Assembly (NCBI GenBank): GCA_001655205.1
Contig: LPNZ01010481.1
Location: 1-43,112, forward strand
Direction: 5' to 3'
DNA: 43,112 nucleotides
DNA from: Lenisia limosa
Taxonomy: Eukaryota; Protista; Breviatea
Shown: positions 13,601 through 26,700 of the stretch, piece after piece
Position numbering within the stretch: position 1 is the first letter of the stretch
How the letters are laid out: every line of letters begins with the position of its first letter
Notes under the pieces: model-generated
Databases searched by the model: none
The model's input: the letters and a program-made list of their open reading frames with translations, nothing else
Told to the model about the DNA's origin: nothing
Program-made: the position numbers and the translations under genes

Positions 13601-13627
13601 GCGACAGGCCGTGCAAGTCTTTTTCAT
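7632..13627 (-). CDS. GAL4-type Zn(II)2Cys6 binuclear-cluster transcription factor with a long helical middle region (many introns; 3' end approximate)
   Basis: Exons 13627-13581, 13078-13020 and 12660-12611 splice in phase (2, then 1) to MKKTCTACRKLKKKCVFPDDANESTSCFYCSKKGIVCTQPDTKKLGRRP, i.e. C-x2-C-x6-C-x11-C-x2-C-x6-C plus a basic linker. Further minus-strand GT-AG exons continue, e.g. SKGRWRERASDLKQRWWLMDSICDALN, LADIERLAMMYHPASHVLAYGYVVLAGAYFEVCDWKAAYQ and IESLMTLRRIYTSPNLPHHDLISIVNQIEHF. A candidate TAA lies at 7632-7634. Continuity of all downstream exons into one gene is inferred. Confidence 0.75.
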
Positions 13628-13951
13628 GACAGTGGTCAGAGCGCGAGAGGCAAGGAAAAATAGGGATCAATCTACTGGGGGTTAATTGCCTATGAGATAA
13701 TGCTGAACTGAATCCATATTCTTTATAGTAAACGGGGTCATAAAAGCATAATGCGACCAACCTTGTCACTCCGTTTCTTTACGTCTCCGATTCGGGAACC
13801 TTTGCCCTATAATTGAAGTAGTTATTATGTTTCCTTGCCTCTATTTGACAAAAAGCTTTGCAACTTTTCAACTTAAATAGTTGTCTAATATCGTAATCGT
13901 CTTTTTACCAAAAAAAAAACTCACAAGCCTTCCTCTTGTAGTGGAAACAGT
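13628..13951. promoter_or_regulatory. Putative bidirectional promoter between the Zn2Cys6 TF (-) and OSTC (+)
   Basis: Inferred only from divergent start codons 324 nt apart; no TSS evidence. Confidence 0.45.
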
Positions 13952-15470
13952 ATGGATACTATAATTAAAGGATTTGCCTTGCCTTACGAGGCGGTTGGTA
14001 TTATCAGACCCTACCCAAAGTTGCCTTTTCCTTCTATTCCCAAGTTTAGCCCAATGTTTATCTTTGGTTGCATCGTAGTGTCATATTTTCTGGTGTTTTC
14101 GGGAGTAATTTATGATATGATTGTTGAGGTGGGTACTTTTCATTCCCCTTATTCCATAGCCTCCCTCCATTGGAAGCACCCAAGACCCCCGTACGGGTAA
14201 GATGAAGCCTCAGATGTTTATGAGCCGGGTGAATGGACAGTATATCTTTGAAGGACTCGCTGCAGGTCTTCTCTTTTGTGTTGGGTCTCTTGGGTTCATC
14301 CTTCTTCCCAAGGTAGCAGGGCTGGGGGGGGGGGGTNNNNNNNNNNNNNNNNNNNNNNNNNNNNNNNNNNNNNNNNNNNNNNNNNNNNNNNNNNNNNNNN
14401 NNNNNNNNNNNNNNNNNNNNNNNNNNNNNNNNNNNNNNNNNNNNNNNNNNNNNNNNNNNNNNNNNNNNNNNNNNNNNNNNNNNNNNNNNNNNNNNNNNNN
14501 NNNNNNNNNNNNNNNNNNNNNNNNNNNNNNNNNNNNNNNNNNNNNNNNNNNNNNNNNNNNNNNNNNNNNNNNNNNNNNNNNNNNNNNNNNNNNNNNNNNN
14601 NNNNNNNNNNNNNNNNNNNNNNNNNNNNNNNNNNNNCAATTTTGAAATATTGAAAGGTCTCTTTGGCTTCTGTTGTTGCAAAATATGTAGTATATATATA
14701 TATTTTTTTAACAAAAAAGCTGTTTTTCATCAAATTGGGTACTCCATGAGCTCGTTGCTCTTCCTCGGGTTTCAAGCCACATTCAATCATTTTTCTTTTT
14801 TAGCACAAAAAATGGTGCAATTGATTCTTCTTGTTGAAATATTGTTTCCCCCCCACTCAAGTGGTGGTGGGACTCTTTAAAGGCTGACTCGGGCTTTGTT
14901 TTTGTGTTTTTTTTGTCATATGGTTTTTGTCCTAGTTTTAGCATTGGTTGCTCGTGTTTGTTATTGCTTGTTTTTTTTTTGGAGTTTCAGATTACTTACG
15001 CCAATATTATTCATCGCAATTTCCGTGGTTTTACCCCCCCTTCTTGTGATTCATATGTTTATCTAAATGTTATAATCTTGGTTTTTCTCCCTCTTGACTC
15101 TTCTTATTTGTTTGTATTTGTTTTTTTGCATTTGATGCTCATATTCTTTCAATTTTTATTATGTGTTTTTGGGTATGCTTTGTTTAGAATTTCAGATTAC
15201 TCACTTAGTATTAGATGTAAGTTATGTTTGTTTCACCTCACCCTTGTGTGTTTCTCAATTTTTTGCCAACAGATGTTTGTTATGTTACTTGTATCAAAAG
15301 TTTTCCATTATACTTCCATTTACCCCCCCCCCCTTCAGGCTGGAGCACATACTGACAGCAAATCAAAACGCTACTTGTTCTTTTTTGGCGGAGCTGGCTG
15401 CGCACTTTTGGCCTACAAACTCATCATCGTGTTCCTCACCATGAAGGTCCACAACTACTTGAAGATCTAA
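13952..15470 (+). CDS. OSTC: Oligosaccharyltransferase complex subunit OSTC/DC2 (3 exons, 153 aa)
   Basis: Exons 13952-14128, 14160-14312 and 15339-15470 (all phase 0) give ...[67 protein letters not shown]...FLTMKVHNYLKI*. This carries the OSTC hallmark motifs YD.IVEPPS.GS and RVNGQYI.EGLA. Confidence 0.93.
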
Positions 15471-15606
15471 GACTACCAGCTATTCTGTGTGGGTTGGATT
15501 CTCTGTTTTGTTTTGTTTTGTTTACTGTACATGTAGTTTTTCTGATTTAGAGAGAACTCCCAAAGGTTGTTTGCAATAATACTATTATATATTATACAGG
15601 GGCGAG

Positions 15607-17319
15607 CTACATCATGATCATCTCGAACATCTCGTGAATGGGCTTGATAACTTCATGAAGCTCCTCATCCATGGGGTCATCTGAATGATAAGATATTTTG
15701 ATCTAATTGCAATAGACTGAGCTTTGGAAAGTCACAACAGACCGGTTGCAATGTAACCCCTTATCTTCCTTAGCCCTCCTACGGGGGCAGTTGTAGTAGA
15801 AGGTGTCCTTATCAATTGCGCCGGGCATCATGCGGGTCATGCCGTACCATTCCTGGAAGGGGTGAGGACATGTGTGAAAGACTTTTGGGGGTGGAGAGGC
15901 AATTGCTTCATGACGCACCATTGTGGCTCTCTCTGTTTTGATAGCCATGAGCTTGCCAAGGTTGCGGGAGACATAGACCATTTGGGTTTCATCTATAGCA
16001 TGAGGTGCGTCTTGTTTGGCAGTTTCAGCCTTTGAATAAAGGAAGGCTGTAATATTTGAAGAGGAGAGCGGAAATTAGATTCAGGGCTAACCATCATCAT
16101 AGTACTTGTAGCGGAAAGCGGGAGTAGAACGATACATCTTAGGCTAAATGGTGAGTTGAGGGACATCCATCCATTCTATCGAAATTTATCAAAGACATCA
16201 CAAAAGCTGCCATTGCATTTTACCTTGGGGTGCTCGGACCATCTTGATTCGTCAAACATGATAGGTTCGTATCTTGCCATGGATTCCTAAATCGTGAATT
16301 TGGTGAATTGAAATTTCTCAAATGAAAACACAGTGTAGTTTGTCAAAGCCAAATTACCTTGCATCCGATTGTTTTGAAACTCATGCCGTCACGAACAACA
16401 GTCATGGCTCCTCCCTGTAGACGTCAGAAAGTCATATCATAATACATACAAAATAACAGATTGCGCACCTCCTTGGAAGCGTGCATTGAAAGCTGATAGT
16501 CCTTGCCCGCATGCATCATTTGCACTAAACAAGTGAGTTGTCTCCAGAATGAAGGGCTCAAGTGTCATCTGTGCATACTGTCAAAACGCATCATTTCGTG
16601 CTGCTTTGAGAACCAAAGGCGGCCGTTGAACTCCATGGGGTCTAAAAGGATTAGGCTCAAGTATCCTTTGGTTGTGACTTGAATAAGCAGGACCTCTCAA
16701 CCCACCTGAAAACTCAGTTTTGGGGGCGATGGTGATAGCAAAGCCGCTAACGTAGGTGTCAAAGTCCTCAGTCTTAGGGGGAGGAGGGATATTGGGGAAC
16801 ACTCTAAAAGGAGGTCAGTAATTTTCAGGTGTAAATTCAAGATTTCGTTGTTAGTAGGAACACTTCACAAATAAGGCGAAGTTTGACTTGATTCATGTAA
16901 TTTGGCAAAAATGGCCGGCGGATATTGATGATGATGCCTACCCTTCTTCGGGTTCGTCATCGTGGAAGGGCTTCCTCAGGTCATCATCTGGTGGTGGGGT
17001 CATAAAAGGAGCGGGCGTAAGTTGAACGTTTGAAAAGGCAAAATGGTGAAACAAATTATATAATGGAGCTATGAAGTCAAAGAATGGAGGCTAAGAAGGA
17101 GGGAGAAGAGGATAGAAAAGGATTCAGGCACCAAATTGCCAAAACGGGAATCCTCAAACCGTCATCGTGATGGTGCATTCCAGAGTCATGATGATGATGT
17201 TCTTCCTTGGGAGGTTTATGCATCATTCCAGTCATGTGGCGGCCGAACATTGCGTTAGCGCCGAGGGCCATGGCCAACGCAAGGACCATGAGTAAAAACA
17301 TGTTCGAGGGCTTCATCAT
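15607..17319 (-). CDS. Secreted/lysosomal protein: signal peptide, His/Pro-rich linker, possible ependymin-related (LolA-like) domain
   Basis: MKPSNMFLLMVLALAMALGANA is a signal peptide, followed by HKPPKEEHHHHDSGMHHHDD. In-phase minus-strand exons give DPMEFNGRLWFSKQHEMMRFD, MQMMHAGKDYQLSMHASKE, GGAMTVVRDGMSFKTIGCK, ESMARYEPIMFDESRWSEHPK, PKMYRSTPAFRYKYYDD and ...PPPKVFHTCPHPF..., ending HDPMDEELHEVIKPIHEMFEMIMM* (TAG 15607-15609). The gene model is fairly clear; the ependymin-like fold is only a tentative pattern impression. Confidence 0.7.
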
Positions 17320-17786
17320 CTACTGAGTTAGAAATTTTACAAAGGTGTTAAACAGGAAAACGTAATAAAGAACAATCACAAAAATTAAAAGGGGAAAGAG
17401 AGAGCAAATCCCGAAAATGAATTCACCAAAAACACACTTTTTCTGCAATTCAAAATATGACTTGTCAGATGGTGAATATTTTGAAAGGAATTTCGTTTAA
17501 ACACCTGCATTTCTGCTTTTAGAATACTTACTACTTTGGGAAAAGGAGAAGTTTTTAAAAGGCATCCATCCGCCTTGACTTTTTAAGACTCACCGAGCCA
17601 GGTAAGTTGCCTTGTATGGTAATTGGGGATGTCGGAATTTTTGCTGTGATGATTTGCGTTTAGTGATGTAAAATACTGAGCACAAATGCATAATAATAGT
17701 GATTTTGAATAATGTACCATATTAGTGACTTTTACCCCTGTTTGTATCGTCAAATCGCCTCGCCTCCGAGGCCGTAACAATTCAGA

Positions 17787-20700
17787 ATGGGAGTAGCCAA
17801 ACACAATCTCCTCCACCACACCCTGCAAGAACGGGTCTTCCCTCATGTTATGAAGGTGTTTGACTTTCGAGATTGGCTGTTCTTTTCCTATCACAGTAGT
17901 GAAGATGGTGGAGTTCGCACACCAGAGCTGTCAAGGTTTGTAGCCTCGTTGGATTGACTATTCTAATTCAATTTTCCCCCACATCATAATGTGAGTTATA
18001 ACGGAGAATTATAACTTCTTGTGAACCGTTAATTTGTAACACTTGATTCACCTGTTATTAATGCCATCATTTCATCGTTATTTCTATATTTCTCGATCAA
18101 ATTGAAGTTCAGGTTTCGCCTGCCTCTCGGAGTGTGGTTTGTGTTTCTTTTATATGAAGCAATATCACTCGCAACCATTTTGCTCATCAATGACGATACC
18201 CAATGGTCATGGTAGGTGTTTCCTTCGAACATTTACAGATGTAGCTACTTTGAATTCGCATGTTATATTGGGGAGCATCTTGAGATTTTTGAATTTGCAA
18301 CAGCAAATGATATCATTTTCGATGAAATTCTAACCGCCATTTATGCTCTATTTCTGATGTCATTTTTTCTCCTGTTGATTTTCACCTTTGTCTTGAAATC
18401 GGTTGGCAGGGAAGGTGCACTTTACATTTAACATTATTCCTTTTTCTAATCTAATATGTGATGGTTGCTAAACTAAACCAGACAATGGCTTCCGAAACCA
18501 GCTTCGATGTTGTGTACTTTCTCATTATGGTTTCTTCAATTATATCAACACACATCTTTCCTTTGCCCAACTCCACGGTCTTAGCTTTGCTTTTTAATTC
18601 GGTTTGTGGATACCAAATATTGTGGATATCAGATATCTATGAGATTTGATCCTTGTTCGAACATTCTGAATCCCAATCTATGAAACTACAGGAAACGTCA
18701 TCGAAATTCTTTTGGAGCAGCCTATCTACCATTGTGACTTTGATCAATCTTGTTTTTGCATTTTTCTATGTTGGATTGTAAGCTTTGGGGTGAATCAAGC
18801 CACAGTATGACACGTCCCAGTTTCAATTCGACTTCTGAGGAAGGGTTATTTCCACATTACTCTTTAAGTGGCATATAATACCAGAATTTTATTCATGTGA
18901 AGGTTATACTGTGGAGGATCAGCTTTATTTACACCTTGTTTATAGTATTACACAGTAACGCACTGTAGCGACTCATCCCTGACCCCAATGTCAATTAGTC
19001 CTCTTCTCAGCTCAACAAACTCGTTTCTGCGCAAATTGCTACTTCTCAAAACAATCATACCATGTTTGTGGTTGTACAATCAGAAAAATAATACTCAATT
19101 TTCCAAAATCTTACTACCAAGTGATAGCACTCAATATGGATGCGGTATATTCATCGGCCGTCCTCTTCGTTGCTTCATGTTGGGTCATATGGTCCCTGTT
19201 CCGCACCCTGCCTTATCGAACCTTGTCAATCAATTTATTTGTAAGCGGAGTAAATAGAAATAGCAAGGATATTGTCTTTGTTTGGAAAATTGAGAAAACA
19301 TACCTTTCAGTTGAGTGAATACTCTTGAAGATTCTTTTGCTTAATTCTCAGCGCATTTTCGCGTTAGGCTTTGTCCCCGGATGGAGTTTCTATGTGTTTC
19401 TCATGGAAGTTGCGATAAATGGTTGGGGTATATATTCTGAAGAATCTGATGACTCTTTTAACATGCCCTTTACCATCTTCAGGCATTGTCCACTTGGAAA
19501 TCGCATTTGCTTCAGGAGTAGCAAGTTGCTTTTTCTTTGTCATTATATCTGGTAAGTTGAATAGATATAGTTACTATGACAGTCATTTTGATTTCATTTC
19601 ACAACCTTTAGAGCTTCGAACACATAGTATGACGCACCTTTGGTCTGAATGTGTTACCTATCATACGGGTTCGTTGGGCCAAATTCCTTTGATCAACATA
19701 TTTAAATCACTCATTTATCTTCCCTGCTAAGGGTGTAACTCATTGTCATAATACTTAACTAGGTATGGACTTCTCGCTATTTTCTACAAGCAAATCTCTG
19801 ATCTTGAGCCGTATGTGGCAGGGTGACCAGTCTCCCCAAAGCCTCTTTGCTGCTAACGCACTATTTAGAGGTTAGATGTTATTTTATTGGGTAATGTGAG
19901 TTCTAGATAACTGACAAGCTGGTTCATCCATTTTAATGAGGGGTATGTTTTGCTTTGTGCGTCAATAGCGCGAAGCTTTAACATTTTTCGAAGAATGAGA
20001 TAAATTGAGGCTTCTTTTGACAAGTACAGATCTCCAAGCAGAGCAGTTCCGGTTCTCGCTGCTATTGACGTCGTCGTATGCCTACTATCTCATTGTGGCA
20101 AGACGGTCCAATACTGAGGTCGGTTCATACATGGCGGCAATATCATACTATTTTCAGTGCTATAACATGTCAGGTGATACGTTTTATTCGGAAGAACCTA
20201 TCAACCAACAAGCATCCTGCCAGTTTCGAGTGCTACAGAGTAGGCTTATGAAGTCGTTGAATTAAAGTGCACACATCTTCAATAACACAATCATAATTGG
20301 TTCTATTAAATTATGCTTCACCAAGTCTTTAGATCCGAAAGTTACGAGAGCATTGGTTGGTGCCACAGTTGGGTGAAGGTTCAGTGGAGTTCAGTCATCG
20401 CCTTCGACAAGCCCTTGTGTATGATGATAGGACACAATAACTAATACAGAAAACTGAAAATAGTTGTAAGTTGTGGTAATAAAGGACCACTGAGTCGCTT
20501 CCGTTACTGGTTTGATGTCACTAAGATTTACAGGTACCATCGGCAATGCTTAAAGGTTCAGTTGGACTTTTGGAAGTTCCTAATGAGGTCTACTTCAACT
20601 GATCGTGTGTATGAGGTTGGTCAATTTCATAGTTAAAGAGTTACATCATTGTCTCTTATTACGGCCATTATAAAGAGTTGATCCATCACGGATTTGCATT

Positions 20701-23700
20701 GTTTAGACAACTGTCACAATTAAATCCTTATTCCTATATGATACATATATATATGATATATGATATATGATGTATGATATATTACAGGGAGAAGTATATA
20801 TTATTCTAATCATTTGTAGTTCTCTCTGAGACTCCATGAAGTCCAACAAAAAACCCGAAAGGTGAATTCCACTATCCTCATTCATATCCCAATTTGCATT
20901 TATGCTTATTCCCTTCAGATTTGGACACAGCTCATTCAGGATTTTCCCACATCCCAGGTGATAATTGAGAAGTTTGCCACTTGTTCACTTGAGGGTCTTG
21001 GAGATATCAATCTTTGTCGAAGGTTTGCAGACAAATGTACAAATCAGTTCATCCAATTGTGATATGCAAATGTGCCCATGAAATAACTGGAGCTCCATTC
21101 TGATTTCATCAATATATCATAATATCATTATATAGATTGTTGAGCAAGGCCGAAGAACTGAAGGTCGCCGTTGTGGTTCATGAGGAAGGGTACGCTGTTC
21201 ACATTGTATAAGACAATAAATCTGGTGTCATGTACAATTGTTGAAGTATCAAGTTATAATCGAGTACACAAACGTTATGGCCGTTATAACCGTTTGTAAC
21301 AATTTAGACGACAAACACAGTCCCCACGGGCACTTACATCGTTAAAGGGAACTCTTGAGGTGAAACAGGGGATTGTGATTATCATTATAATCTCGCGATT
21401 TCTTGTTCCGGGTTTTGTTACGATACAGGGTAGTCGCAGCTCGGGGCAAGTGGGAAGCATTGTATCCAAAAGTACCTATGAGTAAGCCCTTTTGTCTAAA
21501 GTGTTTGCTAATACACCAGCTGATTAACCATTTGTAATTTAAGATTCTTTTCCATTTGCAGATGGAATTATTGTTAAATCGGAATCATACTAATGGTATA
21601 GACATCTGATATGATATGATTGACAGTTGTACTATTCTGACTATTTTCCATTGAATACATGCTTTTAGGAATTCTTTGATTTCCACTGCATTAGACAAGC
21701 GTGAACAGGCTTTTTTGAAGGTATCTTGAACGTTATTATTTGGGTTGTGTTAAACTTCAGAGTGTATTTCTTTTCACCAAACAGATGATCATCCTAATTG
21801 TTCTGTTTTTCGCTGTGATGCACATGATTTCTGTCACTCTTCTCTACGTCATGTATTTGACTCAGCAAGACAGCCTTCATACCGCCTTTGATGTCAATGC
21901 TGTTTGGAGTGGAAAGTTTCCGATTATTTTCTTGACACTTTCATAATAACATCCTGTCTGAATGTGATAGTGGACGTCTTTTGCGTGCTACTTTTCACAT
22001 TACTCATTCAGTACAAACCAGTTTAGCTTGTTTTGAGAGCGACATATCGCAATGCCGGCGTACAGAGCATTATCCACTCGTGTGTCTTCTATGTCATCAG
22101 GCGGCATTCCATGGTGAGATAGATTGTCGACTTTGAATTTTAGATGATTTATCATATAGATAGGTTAAGTCTTATTTTGTGCCTATTCGTTGTGTTGTGT
22201 TTACTGCATTGGTTGAAAGCTTAAACCAAGATTGAAATGGTCAGGGGAGGTAGCGATATAACATGCTATTACTTCAGAAACAATATGCTCATATTAAGAG
22301 CAGGAACTGGACACGTCATAATTTACGGTAACATTCCAATCTCGATGGACACGTTGTTTGAAATTTTTATTTTGATTCTTCAGCTTGGCTTCAGCAACTT
22401 CAGTAACTCGAATTTTGAGACATATGAAGAGCTTGTGATAGAAGATCTTTTGTTCTTGGTGAGTTTATAGTTTTCATTATAGAAATCAAAATCCCTGACT
22501 TGGGAAACAATATAATCCATAACTATCAGTTAGACGAACTGCCATCTAAGAGTTTTATTTAGGTGGGGAACCATACCACACTTCATGATGACACGTTTAA
22601 ACAAATTACGTACCAACCGCTTCTTGACTCCTGGATTGATGAAATCGGTGAAGAGGGCTTGTGACTAATACAGTGTGATGCATAGTCTGACAGATGAAAT
22701 GATATTTCCTCGTAGGCTCAATATGACTCTTTAGTTCGAATGGAGCAACGAATATTTGTTGAAGATCATTTCACTGACGTGATCATCACCACCAACATCT
22801 ACAACGCTGTTTTGAAATATGCAAGTGTAAGCTTCAATTGGGCTATTTTGATATGAAATGCGAAATTGCATTGTTTAATACAATGCTGACTTTTAAGGCC
22901 ATGGAGTCCATTTTGCTGACAACTGATGGGGATTTTGGTCACGTGACACCATCAGATGACCCGCACTACAGATTTATTTTGACAAATAGTCAGCGGACTA
23001 AGTTGACAAAATGACACAGCAAATGTGAAGAGAAGCATATATCAACATTCATTTATATTATTAATAATATCATTCATGAACAATGACGTGACTTTTCAGT
23101 ATTCCACCACGGAATAACCGAAGTAGGTGTAAACGACTTCCCTGTAATTCTCCAATTATCCGTTTTGTTGTACGGAGAAGCTACTGTTGATAGTCAGGAT
23201 AAGGTGCGTCTAATGGGTGTTTCTTTGTCATATTACTGACTACTACTGTTTGAAAAATAAGTTTTACCTTACGGTGAACCACAATTAAAAGAGTTGTTTT
23301 AGTGTACATTGTTCAGACAGTTTACAATCTCAACTTCTAATTGGAATCTTTAGGCCAATTTTAGTCTCTTTCTGTTTACGGGTTTGGCGATTGGGGTGCT
23401 ACTACTCATCGAGGCTGGCTACCTCTTCATCTACAAGCGTACCCTTCGTTTCAGAGAATCTTATCTCAAATGCTTCTTCACTATGCCGTTTTCGGTTGCC
23501 CCTACTATTGTGGCATCCCTCAATGACCGCCAGCTGGAGATCTACGAAGACTCTGACAAGCTACGTAAAGTAACAGGGCAAGTTTACTGCCGTTTTTGTT
23601 CCACTACATTACATATCAGAATACACTGTTTCATATTACCTCCAAAATGTGCAATTGAGTATTGTTTTATTGTTTAATTGACGTGCATTTTAGACGGTCA

Positions 23701-26700
23701 TATCGCCAGCGGTTGAAAACACTGAGCCTGTTAGGCAATCAATTGTAAGAGTAGATATTATCGTGTATGTTAGCTACATAGAGGTAACTCTCAAGTCCAC
23801 AGATGGAAAACTGCTACAAACTATCAATTTTATGCCGATAATAAGTAACCATTTTTTGTGAACAGTCCTAACATTTCAGCTGAAGATGCCTGTGAGTCAG
23901 AAGACAAAGAACGAAACCCATCATCATATCAATTTTACTGAAGATAACACTGTTTTGAAGGTATGAGAGTCAATGAATCTGTAACAATTCACCTCCATCC
24001 AAGTCCGAAAATAAATTTGTTGCATCAAAATAAGTAGTGATAGAAGTAATGCCCATTCGATTATAAATGTCTCTTGTGTCTGAGATAAAAAAACTCAATT
24101 CTAAATATGCTTCAAATTTGAGAAGCGACAGTTATTATGTTAAGCAACATGATGATCGCTCCATTATCGGCTCCGTTTCATCGGCACAGCCACATTCCGA
24201 TGAGCCGTAGGGGGAGCTTGGAGCGATTTGTACTTAGTTAAGAGTATACTATCCATATTTGACTGTTTGGGAAGTATCAAAGTCACTGATTAAGATTATA
24301 AACTAGGGTGAACATTTTTAAAACTTGACAAAATCCGACATTTTAGCGTTGCTCCCCGCAATGGGGAACATGTCGTCATCAACATTGAAGAGAGCAACTC
24401 AGATGACGCAAAGGCTGATGATGACGATGATGAGTCTCCGTTTTCAATACAGCTACCAAACGAATGGCCATGTATGGATTTGAGATTTATAACGAATTAC
24501 ATAATTTTCATTTCGGGTAATTCTATTTTCCAATAAATATCGTATGATAGATAATTTGACATATACATGTTCTCTTACCCAAAAATTGATGTAGTTAGTT
24601 GCACAAGGATTTGACGAAATGGATTTTGAAATCCCGTGCGACCAAAGCTCAAGTGAGTAATGTTATGACTGCACCCTCATTGCTATTCTTTTGTTTTCAT
24701 TATTTTCAATATTGATAAGTAAACATTACATATCATAGTGTCAATTTGTGAATTATTGTTTAGATGAGTCCCAATTGAGCTTGCATAGTGACGGGGAAGG
24801 CCAGTACTCCATGTGAGGAACAAGTTATTGTTTTTGTGATAAAGCTCTTCCAAAATACTAAATGATGTCTCTCTAGTTTAGTGTGTGACTGTGTTTTGGA
24901 CAAAGGAAAGAATAATGCGGAATTTAATTCTCTAGAGATTACCAGCTATCTGCAACAGTTGAAAGGACTAAAGAATTGAATTTGATTGCAACAAACTTTG
25001 GTAAGCTATCTTTTATAATCCACGGTGTTGATACTTCAGCTGATGAGAGTTTTACAGTTTCAACCACCCATCCCAATTCCAGTGTGATAGATCATTTCTT
25101 CTCTCTACCTGCCACTATAGTGGCAGTAATCATAACGATTGTTTTCGCTGTCATCCTTCACAACCAAGTCAATAATGCGGTATGTGTTGAATGTGAAGTA
25201 CTGGTATACTTGGGGTTGAAGTAGTTAAAGATTATCAGAGTAGGAATGAAGAAATATTAGAATAATAGGAATACCAAGACAATATCAAGAGACATCATAT
25301 TAACACGCTGTGCAGCCACTAACGTCATAGATTGAAAAACCAGAGAACATGGTGCTAATGACTCGACTGCTGACTTCAGTGAATGTTGCCCACACCAAAA
25401 GCATTGCGTATATCACGGGGAGAATTGACTGGGTAGCAGACTCGAAAGAGGAACTTGTGGTATCGTATGCACTGCTTGGTGTATATTTAGCTCTGAAACT
25501 TGATATCCTTCTCTATAAAACACCTTTTTGAGAAATATTTCTGTCATAGAATTTGTAACAATATTACCTGTTCGGGTAAATCATATGATATCTAAATGGA
25601 TTAATCAATAATAACCTTATGTAGAATCGAGAAAGAAATCGTTAACGTCACAAACATCTTTGCTGTTGTTGAAGAACGATGGGTATGTTCATCCTGGTTG
25701 ACAGAGTGTAATATGCAAGTTAAACATATCTATTATTATTGGATAAGGGTATAAACAATTGTTTCAAATGAATTTCGACAAGATTCAGAATTTATGGAAG
25801 CCAATATGTTTAATTGTGTTTCTAAAATAAGCTATTCGCATGTTACTTTCAGTCTGGAAAATAGTTCAGCTTCTCCCACTACCTTACACCTGTAGCCTGA
25901 TGATGAGATTCTGTTCCAAACAGACTGTTTCAATTTGGAGCGGTGCAACCAAGACCGTGTTGAACACAACATTATTTATCGTGGCTTGGACATGTTAATG
26001 AGACAATTTACGGTTAGCTTGTAAGTCTTCATTTGATATTAGTAGAACCTGTCTGTCATTCATAAAGCTAAAGAAAATTCTAAACACAGTGAAGTGAAAT
26101 TTGATAGCATTTTGTTGCTAGAACATTACTTCTTGAAACACTCCTCAAAAAACTGTATCAATGTAATATTCGACCTATAACGGAACAATTTTATGACTGG
26201 AATTGACCAAAGCAGTCGAACTTGAGAATATTAATTCGCAAACCATTCGGGAACAAGGATCTCGATAGTGATATCGCAGATCAGTTGAGGGTCATGAATC
26301 GGTTTCATTTATGGCCTGCATTGCTGGAGTATTTGAACAGGCTCCAAGCTCTTGATGTTAGGGGTTTTTTTTACCACGTGTGGTGGGTAGTAGTATTAAA
26401 TCAAATCTATTTTTCTTAAGCTGACCATGTAGCAAGAAGCGCCGCAAAACGCCATAGATTCCTTACCCATCGTTGCTGTTGCCTTCCTCTTCGTTTACGT
26501 TGGATGCATGGGTTGGCTACTTTTCATGGAATAATGTGATTATTCCATTTACTCCGAATCCAGCGTAAAATTAATATTTGTAGGCATATTGATGGTACCC
26601 AAGTATCTAATACTTCACAAGGAAACAGCCGTGCTGTCACACTTGGTAGATATCATACCGCCCATAGGCGTTGCATCTTCGAAAGTTCTTCGGTAGGTGA

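Noticed and set aside
13787-13795. CCG-N3-CGG autoregulatory Zn-cluster site upstream of the TF
   Set aside because: A single 6-base match is expected by chance.
20158-20168. 11-nt micro-exon in the cyclase
   Set aside because: The frame stays open downstream and a longer exon fits equally well; not resolvable without RNA data.
25340-26000. Possible H-NOX (heme-NO) domain in the cyclase (FGEN...LLTSVNVAH resembles LGSN...LDALH)
   Set aside because: The segment is flanked by TM helices (~25100 and ~26460), so it is likely extracellular. No YxSxR motif was found, and the downstream C...GLD motif fits a TmcB-type loop.
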